Positions 9,938 through 19,641 of a DNA stretch of 64,000 bases are shown here, piece after piece. A program made the translations under genes and the position numbers. Below the pieces are notes generated by a model. That model had not been told where the DNA came from. It made no database searches and saw nothing but the letters and a program-made list of their open reading frames with translations. The DNA is from Bacteroidales bacterium (GTDB lineage Bacteria > Bacteroidota > Bacteroidia > Bacteroidales > UBA932), in contig SUYU01000013.1 in the NCBI GenBank assembly GCA_015060245.1, forward strand, positions 6,538-70,537, written 5' to 3'. How positions within the stretch are numbered: position 1 is the stretch's first letter; each line of letters begins with the position of its first letter.

Positions 9938-9972
9938 CATCACCCCATATACTACTATCAAAAGGTTAAGAA

Positions 9973-10419
9973 ATGGCTAAATTCATTGGCGAATATTGCG
10001 TGAAGAAAGATGATAAGGGCAGGATCATTTTCCCTGCTCCTTTCAAGGCCGTTTTTGCACCTGAAGAGAGCCTTGTTCTTGTAATCAAAAAGAATCTCTA
10101 TGAAAACTGCCTCGACATGTACACATATCAGGAGTGGGAAAGGGAATCTGAAGGAATCAAGGCAAGACTCAACTTCTTCAACAAAGAGCACGCTCTGTTC
10201 TGGAGAGAATACATGAGAGACAGGGCTGTTGTGGAACCGGACGGCAAACTTGGCCGCATTTCCATTCCAAAGAAACTTTTGGAAGCAATTGGAGCAGACA
10301 AGGAGATTGTTCTGGCAGGTAATGACCACAAAATAGAGATTTGGGCGAAAGAGTGTTATGATGCACGCCAGATTTCGCAGGAGGATTTTGTGGCACTTGC
10401 ACAGAAACTCCTCGGTTAA
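9973..10419 (+). CDS. mraZ: transcriptional regulator MraZ
   Basis: Two DxxxR-type half domains (DDKGRIIFP, DGKLGRISIP); first gene of the dcw cluster. Confidence 0.95.
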   Translation: MAKFIGEYCVKKDDKGRIIFPAPFKAVFAPEESLVLVIKKNLYENCLDMYTYQEWERESEGIKARLNFFNKEHALFWREYMRDRAVVEPDGKLGRISIPKKLLEAIGADKEIVLAGNDHKIEIWAKECYDARQISQEDFVALAQKLLG

Positions 10420-10452
10420 CAATTGTTTCACAAAGTTTTACAACAGCCTGCA

Positions 10453-11355
10453 ATGAGTGAGTATCACGTACCAGTACTTTTGGATGAAAGCGTATCCGCC
10501 CTTGAGATAAAGAGCGGAGGCATCTATGTCGACGCCACATTTGGAGGCGGAGGACACAGCCGCGAGATTTTGAACCGCCTTGGGCCCGACGGCAGGCTCA
10601 TTTCATTTGACCGCGACACCGATGCAATAAAGAATGCACCCGATGACAAGAGGCTCATACTGGTCCACAACAACTTCAGATTTGTAGAGAACTTTGTAAG
10701 ATACAACGGATATGACGGCGTAGACGGCATCCTTGCCGACCTTGGTGTATCATCTCACCAGTTCGACAGCGGCGAGCGCGGCTTCTCTTTCAGATTTGAC
10801 GCCCCGCTTGACATGAGAATGAACCGCAAGGCGCAGAAAAATGCAGCGGATGTTGTAAACAACTATACACAGGAAGATCTTACCAGAATTTTCAAACTCT
10901 ACGGAGAGATTGACAAGCCATGGAGAGCGGCAGAGTTCATCTGCAAGGCAAGGGCCACTTCTCCAATAGAGACAACCGGCCAGTTGAGCAAGGCTGTGGA
11001 GAAGATGTACAACCAGCAGACAGAGCACAAGTTCCTTGCAAAACTCTATCAGGCATTGAGAATTGAGGTGAATATGGAGATGCAGGCTCTTGAAGATTTC
11101 TTGAGCGGCGCACTCTCAATCCTCAAACCGGGCGGCAGATTATCTGTGATTACCTACCACTCGCTCGAAGACAGAATGGTAAAGAACTTCATGAAGAGCG
11201 GCAACACAGAGGGAGAGGTAAAGAAGGATTTTTACGGCAAGATTGAGAGCCCTTTTGAGATAATTACCCGCAAGCCTGTTGTTCCTACAGAGGAGGAGAT
11301 CAGCAGCAACACGCGCAGCAGAAGCGCTAAATTGAGGGTCGCTGCGAAAATATAG
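10453..11355 (+). CDS. rsmH: 16S rRNA (cytosine1402-N4)-methyltransferase
   Basis: MSEYHVPVLL start and SAM motif DATFGGGGHS. The ATG at 10453 is preferred over the upstream alternative start at 10423. Confidence 0.95.
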   Translation: MSEYHVPVLLDESVSALEIKSGGIYVDATFGGGGHSREILNRLGPDGRLISFDRDTDAIKNAPDDKRLILVHNNFRFVENFVRYNGYDGVDGILADLGVSSHQFDSGERGFSFRFDAPLDMRMNRKAQKNAADVVNNYTQEDLTRIFKLYGEIDKPWRAAEFICKARATSPIETTGQLSKAVEKMYNQQTEHKFLAKLYQALRIEVNMEMQALEDFLSGALSILKPGGRLSVITYHSLEDRMVKNFMKSGNTEGEVKKDFYGKIESPFEIITRKPVVPTEEEISSNTRSRSAKLRVAAKI

Positions 11356-11361
11356 GCTGTC

Positions 11362-11607
11362 GGGAAGCAAAAAGGAAAGGAAAAGACAGGAAGAGGAAAA
11401 GAGGAAAAGAAGAAGAAAAGAGGAAAAGAAGAAGAAAAAGGAAAAGGACAAGAAAAAGAAAACGCAAGAGAGAAAGCAAGAGAAAACGCAAGAGAGAAAG
11501 CAAGAGAAAAAGAGAAGAGAGAAAGAGAAGAAAAAGTTCAGGTAAAAAAATAAGAAAGGGAAAAGAGGAAGGGAGAAGAAGAAAAGCAAAAAGAGAAACA
11601 GGGCAAA
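11362..11607 (+). repeat. homopurine (A/G) low-complexity spacer with internal perfect tandem duplications
   Basis: By my count 11362-11536 contains no T and only nine C. There are perfect tandem copies of 19 nt (11401-11419 and 11420-11438) and of 24 nt (11461-11484 and 11485-11508). Confidence 0.9.
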
Positions 11608-11955
11608 ATGAGCAGGAATAAAGAAAATAGAGAAGAGAGTTTCAACTTCATGTCGGATGTATTTGGAGGCCAATTCTTGTCAAAGATGAGAATGACCAGC
11701 CAATGGCTCTTTATTCTTTACATTTTTGTACTCATAATCATCTACATAAGCATAAATCTGGGAGTTGCAAAAACACAACTTACACAGCGCAGGAACCAGA
11801 GGGAGATCAAGAATCTGAAGGCAGACTATACCAGCAAGACTGCAAGGCTCCAGTATCAGAGCAAGCAGGGTGAGGTAGAGATTCGTCTCAAGGCGGCCGG
11901 TTCAAAAGTTGAGAAGCCTCTGCATCCGGCAAGACTGGTACAGGTGCCCAAATAA
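11608..11955 (+). CDS. ftsL: FtsL-like cell division protein (Bacteroidetes type)
   Basis: Single TM helix (WLFILYIFVLIIIYISINL) followed by a coiled-coil-like segment, in the position between rsmH and ftsI. Confidence 0.75.
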   Translation: MSRNKENREESFNFMSDVFGGQFLSKMRMTSQWLFILYIFVLIIIYISINLGVAKTQLTQRRNQREIKNLKADYTSKTARLQYQSKQGEVEIRLKAAGSKVEKPLHPARLVQVPK

Positions 11956-11979
11956 ACAAAAAGAGCAAGAGAGAGAGTC

Positions 11980-14103
11980 ATGGACGGAATTTTTACAAGA
12001 ATTGCCAATGTATTCAGGATATTCATAGTTATCACATTCTGTGTGATAGCCAAGATTATCTATGTGCAGTTCATAAGTCCTTCAGAAATAAGTGCCGATG
12101 ACATTGCCCACAGGACCGAGACAATTGAGGCGAACAGGGGCGACATTCTCTCCTGCGACGGAAGACCGTTGGCCACATCCATTCCTTACTACCAGGTGAG
12201 GATGGACTGCACTGTCTCCAATCAGGACACTTTCAGCAAGTACATTGATGTACTTGCAAAGGAACTTGCCAATTTCTACAAGAACAAGAGTGCCGCAGCA
12301 TATAGCAAGGAACTGAAAAAGGCACGCAAGGATGGCAAGAGATATGTGAAGATAGGCAACAGGCTTGTTGACTACTCCGAACTTGAGCAGATCAAGAAGT
12401 TCCCTATACTTAAATTGGGAGCCAACAGAGGAGGTCTCATCACCGAGCAGAAATACAGGAGAAACAATCCTTACGGACGTTTGGCATACAGAACAATAGG
12501 ATTCATCAACACCGAAGGTGTAGGTGTGGGCATCGAGGGAAGTTGCGACTACTACCTTAAAGGAACTCCGGGCCATCAGGTTGTACAGAGAATGCTTGGA
12601 GGAGAGTGGATTCCGGTAAATGGAGAAGAGAGCGTAATGCCTCAGGACGGTTATGACATCCAGACCACCATTGACATTGAGATTCAAGAGGTTGCCGAGA
12701 AGGCACTCAAAGAGCAGTTGATGAAGTCCGACAACAACATTGAGGGCGCCACAGCGCTTGTAATGGAGGTTGAAACCGGCGCCATAAGGGCAATTGCCAA
12801 TATGAAGAAAGATGGCAAAGGAGGATTTGACGAGAGTTACAACTATGCCATTGGAGAGGCTACAGAGCCTGGTTCGGTTTTCAAACTTGTAACACTGGTT
12901 TCGCTTCTTGAAGATGGTTACGTAACACTTGACACCCCAGTTGATGCAGGTGCTGGAAAATGGACCGTAGGCGGACATACATACTCCGACACCCACCCCA
13001 TTGGACTTGTAACCGTAGAAAAGGCATTTGAACAATCATCGAATGTTGCATTTGCCAAACTTGCCTACGAGCACTACGGCAACAACCAGCAGGCCTACGC
13101 TGACAGGGTACAAAGCATGAAGATTGGAGAGCGTTTCAACCTCGACATCCAGGGAGAGGCACGTGCAACAATCTACACGCCGTCAGATGAGGCAATGTGG
13201 TCAAAGACATCGCTCACATCAATGGCAATAGGTTATGCTGCACTTGTAACTCCACTCCATACACTCACATTCTACAATGCCATTGCAAATGACGGCAAGA
13301 TGATGAAGCCCTACTTCATTGAGAACTACCAGAGCAACGGAGAGATTGTGAAGGAGTTCGAGCCTCAGGAGATCAGCGGTGCCATCTGTTCAAAAAAGAC
13401 TGCAGAGAGTGCGCAGAGGGCTTTGAGAAGCGTGGTTGAGAAGGGAACCGGAAGGATATATGTCAATTCAAAGGATTTTCCCATATCAGGCAAGACAGGT
13501 ACATCCCGTATAGCATTTGGAGGCAAAGAGGGATACGAGAGAAACGGATACAGAAGATACCAGGCCTCATTCTGCGGCTTCTACCCTTCAGACAATCCAA
13601 AATACTCTACCATTGTGGTAATATACTCAGGACCTACCAGGGGCAACTTTTACGGAGCAACCCAAGCGGGCCCTATCTTCAAGAAGATTGCCGAGTACAT
13701 ATACACAACCTCTCCAGACTGGGAAAGGACCCTTGACGGAAAAGAGAAGGCAACAGGAGTTCCTCAGATATCAATTGGAAAGACAGAGATGCAGCAGACC
13801 ATCCTTGCAGAACTTGACATAAACGGCAAGAGCCAACTTGAGAAGTTTGCCCCACAGGGCTGGATGGAGATAAGAAGGGACTCAACAAAGATATTTCCCC
13901 GCAAGTACTCTGTAATTACAGACTCGCTTGTAAATGTAGTGAATATGGGTGTCAAGGATGCAGTATATATATTGGAGAACCAAGGATTCAAGGTAAACTT
14001 CAAGGGGCGGGGACGCGTGATTGCCCAAACACCTGCAGCGGGTAGCAAAGTGGCCGCAAATTCAGTTATTAACCTGGAACTGTCAAACAATGGAACTAAT
14101 TGA
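11980..14103 (+). CDS. ftsI: peptidoglycan D,D-transpeptidase FtsI (class B PBP) with a C-terminal PASTA-like domain
   Basis: N-terminal TM helix, dimerisation and transpeptidase domains (SVFK, SGKTGT), dcw context. Confidence 0.9.
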   Translation: MDGIFTRIANVFRIFIVITFCVIAKIIYVQFISPSEISADDIAHRTETIEANRGDILSCDGRPLATSIPYYQVRMDCTVSNQDTFSKYIDVLAKELANFYKNKSAAAYSKELKKARKDGKRYVKIGNRLVDYSELEQIKKFPILKLGANRGGLITEQKYRRNNPYGRLAYRTIGFINTEGVGVGIEGSCDYYLKGTPGHQVVQRMLGGEWIPVNGEESVMPQDGYDIQTTIDIEIQEVAEKALKEQLMKSDNNIEGATALVMEVETGAIRAIANMKKDGKGGFDESYNYAIGEATEPGSVFKLVTLVSLLEDGYVTLDTPVDAGAGKWTVGGHTYSDTHPIGLVTVEKAFEQSSNVAFAKLAYEHYGNNQQAYADRVQSMKIGERFNLDIQGEARATIYTPSDEAMWSKTSLTSMAIGYAALVTPLHTLTFYNAIANDGKMMKPYFIENYQSNGEIVKEFEPQEISGAICSKKTAESAQRALRSVVEKGTGRIYVNSKDFPISGKTGTSRIAFGGKEGYERNGYRRYQASFCGFYPSDNPKYSTIVVIYSGPTRGNFYGATQAGPIFKKIAEYIYTTSPDWERTLDGKEKATGVPQISIGKTEMQQTILAELDINGKSQLEKFAPQGWMEIRRDSTKIFPRKYSVITDSLVNVVNMGVKDAVYILENQGFKVNFKGRGRVIAQTPAAGSKVAANSVINLELSNNGTN

Positions 14104-15568
14104 TTTATTGAAAGATGTAAAAACAGTTGAAAACTGTTGCAATCTGCACATGGAGATTGCCGCCATCTGTACCGATTCAAGGGAGTGTACGGAAGATGCC
14201 ATGTTCATTGCTGTAAAGGGTGCTGAAAACGACGGACACAAATATATTGGAGCAGCCATAGAGAAGGGGGCAAAGGCCATAGTCTGTACAGAGATTCCTG
14301 CACCATATAAGGAGTCTGACGAACCGGCAGGAAAGGGTATCGCCTTCATTAAGGTTGAGGATGACCGCAAGGCAGCAGCCATCATTGCGAGGAACTTTTA
14401 CAACGACCCGAGCAGGAATATCAGACTTGTTGGAGTTACAGGCACAAATGGAAAGACATCAATTGCAACACTGCTTTACAGACTCTTCACCAAATTGGGC
14501 TACTGCTGCGGACTGCTCTCGACAATAGCCAACTACGTTGGAGAAAAAAGATATGAGGCCCAAAATACAACTCCAGGACCGGTTGAACTGAACAGGCTCC
14601 TCTCCCAAATGGTTGATGCAGGCTGCGAATTCTGCTTCATGGAGGTGAGTTCGCACGCTTTGGACCAACAGCGAACAGAGGGACTGACCTTTACCGGGGC
14701 GGTATTTACAAATCTTACTCATGACCATCTTGACTACCACAAGACATTTGCAAACTACCTTAAATGCAAAAAGTCACTCTTTGACTCTCTTGCACCTGAG
14801 GCATTTGCACTTGTGAATACAGATGACAGGAACGGGGATGTAATGGTACAGAACTGCAAGGCTAAAATAAACAGTTATGCCTGCAGAAACGTAGCCACAT
14901 TCAAAACCAGGATCATTGAGAAGACAATAGAGGGAATGTTACTTGAAATCAACGGCAAAGAGGTATGGTGCAGGTTCATTGGCCAGCACAATGCATACAA
15001 TCTTACAGCAGTATATGGGGTCGCTGTACTATTGGGGGCAAAAGAGGATGAAACTATCCTTGCAATGAGCCAACTTACCTCTGTAGCCGGAAGATTGGAG
15101 TACTTCAAGGGAGCCAACGACGTAATCGCAGCCGTAGACTATGCCCACACTCCAGACGCCCTTGAGAATGTCCTCAAAACTCTCAAGGAACTTGAACCGG
15201 CAGGCGGAATATGCTGCGTGTTCGGATGCGGAGGAAACCGCGACAAGACCAAACGCCCCGAAATGGGCGCAATTGCTGGAAAATATGCCCAGAGAATAAT
15301 TGTAACCTCCGACAATCCACGTTTTGAGGATCCTCTTGAGATCATCAGCGATATAAAGGAGGGAATGGACATTAAGGCGCGTGCAAAAACGCTCTTCATC
15401 GTACAACGCGACGAGGCAATCCGTACCGCCATACTTACAGCACAACCTGGATCAATAATTCTTGTTGCCGGCAAAGGGCACGAGGATTACCAGATAATTA
15501 ACGGAGTAAAACACCATTTTGACGACAAGGAGATCATTCAGGAGACCTTTGCCCAACAGATGGCCTAA
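14090..15568 (+). CDS. murE: UDP-N-acetylmuramoyl-L-alanyl-D-glutamate--2,6-diaminopimelate ligase
   Basis: GTNGKTS P-loop and Mur ligase domains. The ATG at 14090 (MELIDLL) overlaps the ftsI end by 14 nt. Confidence 0.95.
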   Translation: MELIDLLKDVKTVENCCNLHMEIAAICTDSRECTEDAMFIAVKGAENDGHKYIGAAIEKGAKAIVCTEIPAPYKESDEPAGKGIAFIKVEDDRKAAAIIARNFYNDPSRNIRLVGVTGTNGKTSIATLLYRLFTKLGYCCGLLSTIANYVGEKRYEAQNTTPGPVELNRLLSQMVDAGCEFCFMEVSSHALDQQRTEGLTFTGAVFTNLTHDHLDYHKTFANYLKCKKSLFDSLAPEAFALVNTDDRNGDVMVQNCKAKINSYACRNVATFKTRIIEKTIEGMLLEINGKEVWCRFIGQHNAYNLTAVYGVAVLLGAKEDETILAMSQLTSVAGRLEYFKGANDVIAAVDYAHTPDALENVLKTLKELEPAGGICCVFGCGGNRDKTKRPEMGAIAGKYAQRIIVTSDNPRFEDPLEIISDIKEGMDIKARAKTLFIVQRDEAIRTAILTAQPGSIILVAGKGHEDYQIINGVKHHFDDKEIIQETFAQQMA

Positions 15569-15587
15569 TATATAATTCTAGAAGGAA

Positions 15588-16871
15588 ATGATTTATCATC
15601 TATTTGAATATCTGGAACAGAGCGGAATTGATTTTCCGGGTTTGGGACTTATGAAATATATCTCATTCAGGGCATTGCTTTCAACCATGACAGCACTGCT
15701 TGCCGGTTTGTATCTTGGTCCCAAGATTATACGCAAATTGCAGAAGAGACTTATTGGCGAGGAGATCAGGGATCTTGGCCTTGAGGGCCAGATGCAGAAG
15801 AAGGGCACACCTACCATGGGCGGAATAATCATTCTGCTCTCAATTCTCATTCCTGCGCTTCTCTTTGGAAATCTTACAAACGTATATATCCAGTTGCTCA
15901 TAGTCACAACTGTATGGCTTGGTTTCATAGGATTTCTTGACGACAGCATAAAGGTATTCAAGAAGAACAAAGATGGCCTCAAGGGCAAGTACAAGATTAT
16001 AGGCCAGGTCTCTTTGGGTATTGTGGTGGGCCTTGTCCTATGCTTCAGCGACCAGGCTGTAGTGAGGGAAAAATCTACTCCGAACGCTGTTCAGGCGCAT
16101 CCCGAAATAATTCAGGGGGGCACAGTACACTCATCTGTAGTATACTTTGAGGATGTAAAGAGCACACAGACAAACATACCTTTCATAAAGGACAACGAGT
16201 TTGACTACGCATGGCTATCGCCACTTAAGGGCAGGGCAGATGAAATTGCAGGATGGGTAATCTATATCCTTGTAATCATTTTCATCATAACAGCCGTATC
16301 CAACGGTACAAACCTTACAGACGGCATGGACGGCCTTGCAACCGGCACATCGGCAATTATAGGTACCACAATAGGCATCCTTGCATATCTGTCGGGAAAC
16401 TCAATGTATGCCTCATACCTCAACACAATGTACATCCCGTACAGCGGTGAGGTTGTGATTTACATGGCAGCCTTTGTGGGAGCCCTTATAGGTTTCCTAT
16501 GGTACAACACATTCCCTGCGCAGGTCTTCATGGGAGATACAGGCAGCCTTGCTTTGGGAGGCATCATTGCGGTTGCAGCAATCATCATCAGAAAAGAACT
16601 TCTCATTCCTATACTTTGCGGAATCTTCTTTGTTGAGAGCCTTTCTGTAATCATACAGAGATTATATTTCAAACATACAAAGAAGAGATATGGGGAGGGA
16701 CAGAGGATCTTCAAGATGGCACCTCTGCACCACCACTTCCAGAAAGAGGGAATTCCGGCACTCATACAGAGGCCCCATAAAGCCTTGCCGGAAGCAAAGA
16801 TTGTAGTGAGATTCTGGATTATTACAATCCTTTTGTGTGCATTAGCAGTAATAACACTTAAAATAAGATAG
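15588..16871 (+). CDS. mraY: phospho-N-acetylmuramoyl-pentapeptide transferase
   Basis: Polytopic membrane protein with [10 protein letters not shown] and [11 protein letters not shown] motifs. Confidence 0.95.
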   Translation: MIYHLFEYLEQSGIDFPGLGLMKYISFRALLSTMTALLAGLYLGPKIIRKLQKRLIGEEIRDLGLEGQMQKKGTPTMGGIIILLSILIPALLFGNLTNVYIQLLIVTTVWLGFIGFLDDSIKVFKKNKDGLKGKYKIIGQVSLGIVVGLVLCFSDQAVVREKSTPNAVQAHPEIIQGGTVHSSVVYFEDVKSTQTNIPFIKDNEFDYAWLSPLKGRADEIAGWVIYILVIIFIITAVSNGTNLTDGMDGLATGTSAIIGTTIGILAYLSGNSMYASYLNTMYIPYSGEVVIYMAAFVGALIGFLWYNTFPAQVFMGDTGSLALGGIIAVAAIIIRKELLIPILCGIFFVESLSVIIQRLYFKHTKKRYGEGQRIFKMAPLHHHFQKEGIPALIQRPHKALPEAKIVVRFWIITILLCALAVITLKIR

Positions 16872-16873
16872 TT

Positions 16874-18208
16874 ATGAAAAGAGTAGTTGTATTGGGCGGT
16901 GGAGAGAGCGGAGCAGGTGCTGCCGTACTTGCCAAAGTTAAAGGCTTTGACGTTTTCTTGAGCGACAACGGCAAGATCAAGGATGAGATGAAGGAACTTT
17001 TGTGCAAATATGAAATTCCTTTTGAAGAGGGAGGTCATACCGATGAACTCATTCTGAATGCCGATGAAGTTATAAAGAGTCCCGGAATACCCGAGACCGC
17101 ACCGCTTGTTGTGGCAATAAGGGAGAGAGGCATTGGCGTTATCTCCGAGATTGAGTTTGCCGGAAGATATGACTCTGCAAAGAAGATTTGCATTACCGGA
17201 AGCAACGGCAAGACCACAACAACCTCACTCATCTACTTCATGCTCAAGAATGCAGGCCTGAATGTGGGCCTTGCCGGAAATATAGGGCAGAGTTACGCTT
17301 ATCAGGTAGCAACCGAGAAGTATGACTACTACGTATTGGAACTCAGCAGTTTCCAGTTGGACGGGATGTATGATTTCAAGGCCGATATTGCCATACTCAT
17401 GAACATTACCCCCGACCATCTCGACCGCTACGACTTCAATATGCAGAACTACATAAACTCAAAGTTCAGAATTACACGCAACATGAACGAAGAGGATTGC
17501 TTTGTATTCTGCGCAGATGACCCTGTTACTGTAACCGAACTTGAGAAGATTGTCCTTAAGGCGCAGATGCTGCCGTTCAGCCAGGAGAAGGAGGTTGGGA
17601 ATGGAGCATGTGTAAAGGATGACAAGATGTGCGTCACCTACAACAAGGATGAGTATGTGATGTACTTGAGGGAACTTGCGCTTGAGGGCAAACACAACGT
17701 CTACAATTCAATGGCCGCCGCCATAACAGCAAAGGCTATAAATATAAGCAACGAACTCATCCGCGAGAGTTTGATGAGTTTCAAGGGAGTGGAGCACAGA
17801 ATGGAGAAGGTGCTGAAGATCAAGGATGTGCTCTATATAAATGATTCAAAGGCAACCAATGTCAATTCATCATGGTATGCACTTGAGAGCATGAAGACCC
17901 CTGTGGTATGGATTGCAGGCGGCAAAGACAAGGGGAACGATTACGGGCCGCTTTATGAACTTGTCAAGGAGAAGGTCCATACACTTATCTGCATGGGTGT
18001 ACACAATGAGAAGTTGCATGAGTGCTTTGCCGACAAGGTTGACGTGATGGTTGATGCCCTTTCTGCCAAAGAGGCGGTTGAACTTGCATACAGATATGCC
18101 AAACCAGGAGATACAGTATTGTTGTCGCCTGCATGCGCAAGTTTTGACCTTTTCAAGAGTTATGAAGACAGAGGCCGTCAGTTCAAGGCAGCCGTAAGGG
18201 AGTTATAA
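16874..18208 (+). CDS. murD: UDP-N-acetylmuramoylalanine--D-glutamate ligase
   Basis: GSNGKTTT P-loop, Mur ligase fold, cluster position. Confidence 0.95.
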   Translation: MKRVVVLGGGESGAGAAVLAKVKGFDVFLSDNGKIKDEMKELLCKYEIPFEEGGHTDELILNADEVIKSPGIPETAPLVVAIRERGIGVISEIEFAGRYDSAKKICITGSNGKTTTTSLIYFMLKNAGLNVGLAGNIGQSYAYQVATEKYDYYVLELSSFQLDGMYDFKADIAILMNITPDHLDRYDFNMQNYINSKFRITRNMNEEDCFVFCADDPVTVTELEKIVLKAQMLPFSQEKEVGNGACVKDDKMCVTYNKDEYVMYLRELALEGKHNVYNSMAAAITAKAINISNELIRESLMSFKGVEHRMEKVLKIKDVLYINDSKATNVNSSWYALESMKTPVVWIAGGKDKGNDYGPLYELVKEKVHTLICMGVHNEKLHECFADKVDVMVDALSAKEAVELAYRYAKPGDTVLLSPACASFDLFKSYEDRGRQFKAAVREL

Positions 18209-18226
18209 ACATTTACAAGAGTAGCA

Positions 18227-19609
18227 ATGGCCAAGTTTAACCTGAATAGTGAAGAGCCCATAATAAACCGCCTGCATGGTGACAAGGTGATCTGGATAAT
18301 AATTTTCATATTGTCCCTGATCTCCATTGCCCTTATCTACTCTGCAAGCAGTTCATTGGCATTCAAGGAGAATGTAACTAATTTCTCCTATCTGATGAAC
18401 CAGTGCAAATTTGTGCTGCTTGGGCTTGTCACCGTTTTCATATGTTACAGGATACCGTTGGGATTATACCGGTTTGCAACATATTTGATATTTGGAATAA
18501 GCCTGTTGCTGCTTATGCTTACCCTGGTACCGGGAATAGGCAAGGAGATTAATGGGGCAAGAAGATGGATAGTCATAGGCCCGTTGCAGTTCCAGCCGGC
18601 AGAACTTGTAAAGATAACACTCATTCTCTATCTTGCAAGAGCCCTGGAGATGTGGGAGTTGAAGAACTTCAAGGATTTCTTCATAAAGATCCTGACCCCT
18701 ATTGGAGTCGTTTGCGTGCTGATACTTGTGGGTAGTGTTTCAACCTCGCTGATTGTGGGTGCGCTCAGTTTTCTTATCCTCTGGATGGCCGGAGTAAAAC
18801 TTTCGTACCTGCTAAAATCAATAGGTCTTGCAGCGTGCTTCTTCATATTCCTTATCCTGCTCAACTCGGGTGTCAAACTGATTGACAAGGATATTGACCT
18901 GTTTCCGCGTTTCAGCACAGCAGTGAGCCGTCTTGAGAAGTTCTTTGTGAAGGAGGAGATTGACCAGACCCTTACAGCAGAGGAGATACAGAAGAAAAAG
19001 GATGAGACATTCCAGGCCGATATGGCAAGGATAGCCATTTCATCGGTCGGAGTCTTGGGCAAGGGCCCGGGCAAGAGTACACAACGTTATGTTCTCCCCC
19101 ATCCTTACTCAGATTTCATATATACAATCATCATTGAGGAGTATGGATTGTTGGGAGGTGTATTTGTACTTATGCTTTACCTTTGGTTCCTCTACCGGTG
19201 CGTAATAATGGTAAAGCACTGTACCAAAAAGTTCACTGCAATTACGGTGGGTGGCCTTGGACTTATGATTTCAATCCAGGCAGGACTTCACATCCTGGTA
19301 AATGTGGGTATCCTCCCTGTTACAGGCCATACATTGCCGCTTGTGAGTCTCGGTGGCACATCGTTGCTCATATTCAGTTGCGCCTTTGGAATAGTTCTGT
19401 CTGTCAGCAGGACAATTGACATTGACAGCACAAAGAAAGCCGAGCAGAAGAGACTCGAAAAAGAGGCAGCCGAGAAGATGATTGCAGAACAGAGTGCTGC
19501 AGAAAAGGAGAGCACCGCTCTGCTTGAAGAGGGCAAGCAGATGCGTCCGTCAAACCAGGAAGAGGAGTTGCACGATATAATTGACGAGCACACCGGAGAG
19601 TTCAAATAG
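18227..19609 (+). CDS. ftsW: SEDS peptidoglycan glycosyltransferase FtsW, with a charged C-terminal extension
   Basis: Ten-TM SEDS-like sequence in the dcw position, with a C-terminal K/E-rich tail. Confidence 0.9.
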   Translation: MAKFNLNSEEPIINRLHGDKVIWIIIFILSLISIALIYSASSSLAFKENVTNFSYLMNQCKFVLLGLVTVFICYRIPLGLYRFATYLIFGISLLLLMLTLVPGIGKEINGARRWIVIGPLQFQPAELVKITLILYLARALEMWELKNFKDFFIKILTPIGVVCVLILVGSVSTSLIVGALSFLILWMAGVKLSYLLKSIGLAACFFIFLILLNSGVKLIDKDIDLFPRFSTAVSRLEKFFVKEEIDQTLTAEEIQKKKDETFQADMARIAISSVGVLGKGPGKSTQRYVLPHPYSDFIYTIIIEEYGLLGGVFVLMLYLWFLYRCVIMVKHCTKKFTAITVGGLGLMISIQAGLHILVNVGILPVTGHTLPLVSLGGTSLLIFSCAFGIVLSVSRTIDIDSTKKAEQKRLEKEAAEKMIAEQSAAEKESTALLEEGKQMRPSNQEEELHDIIDEHTGEFK

Positions 19610-19641
19610 AGAGTGTTAAACATTTACAGATATAGTTGATA

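Noticed and set aside
11140-11673. 177-aa minus-strand ORF rich in F/L/S (…FLFLLFFFSLPLFPFLFFYLNFFFSF…)
   Set aside because: It is the complement of the homopurine tract, so the pyrimidine strand has few stop codons by composition. It also overlaps the 3' end of rsmH and the 5' end of ftsL. There is no independent coding evidence.
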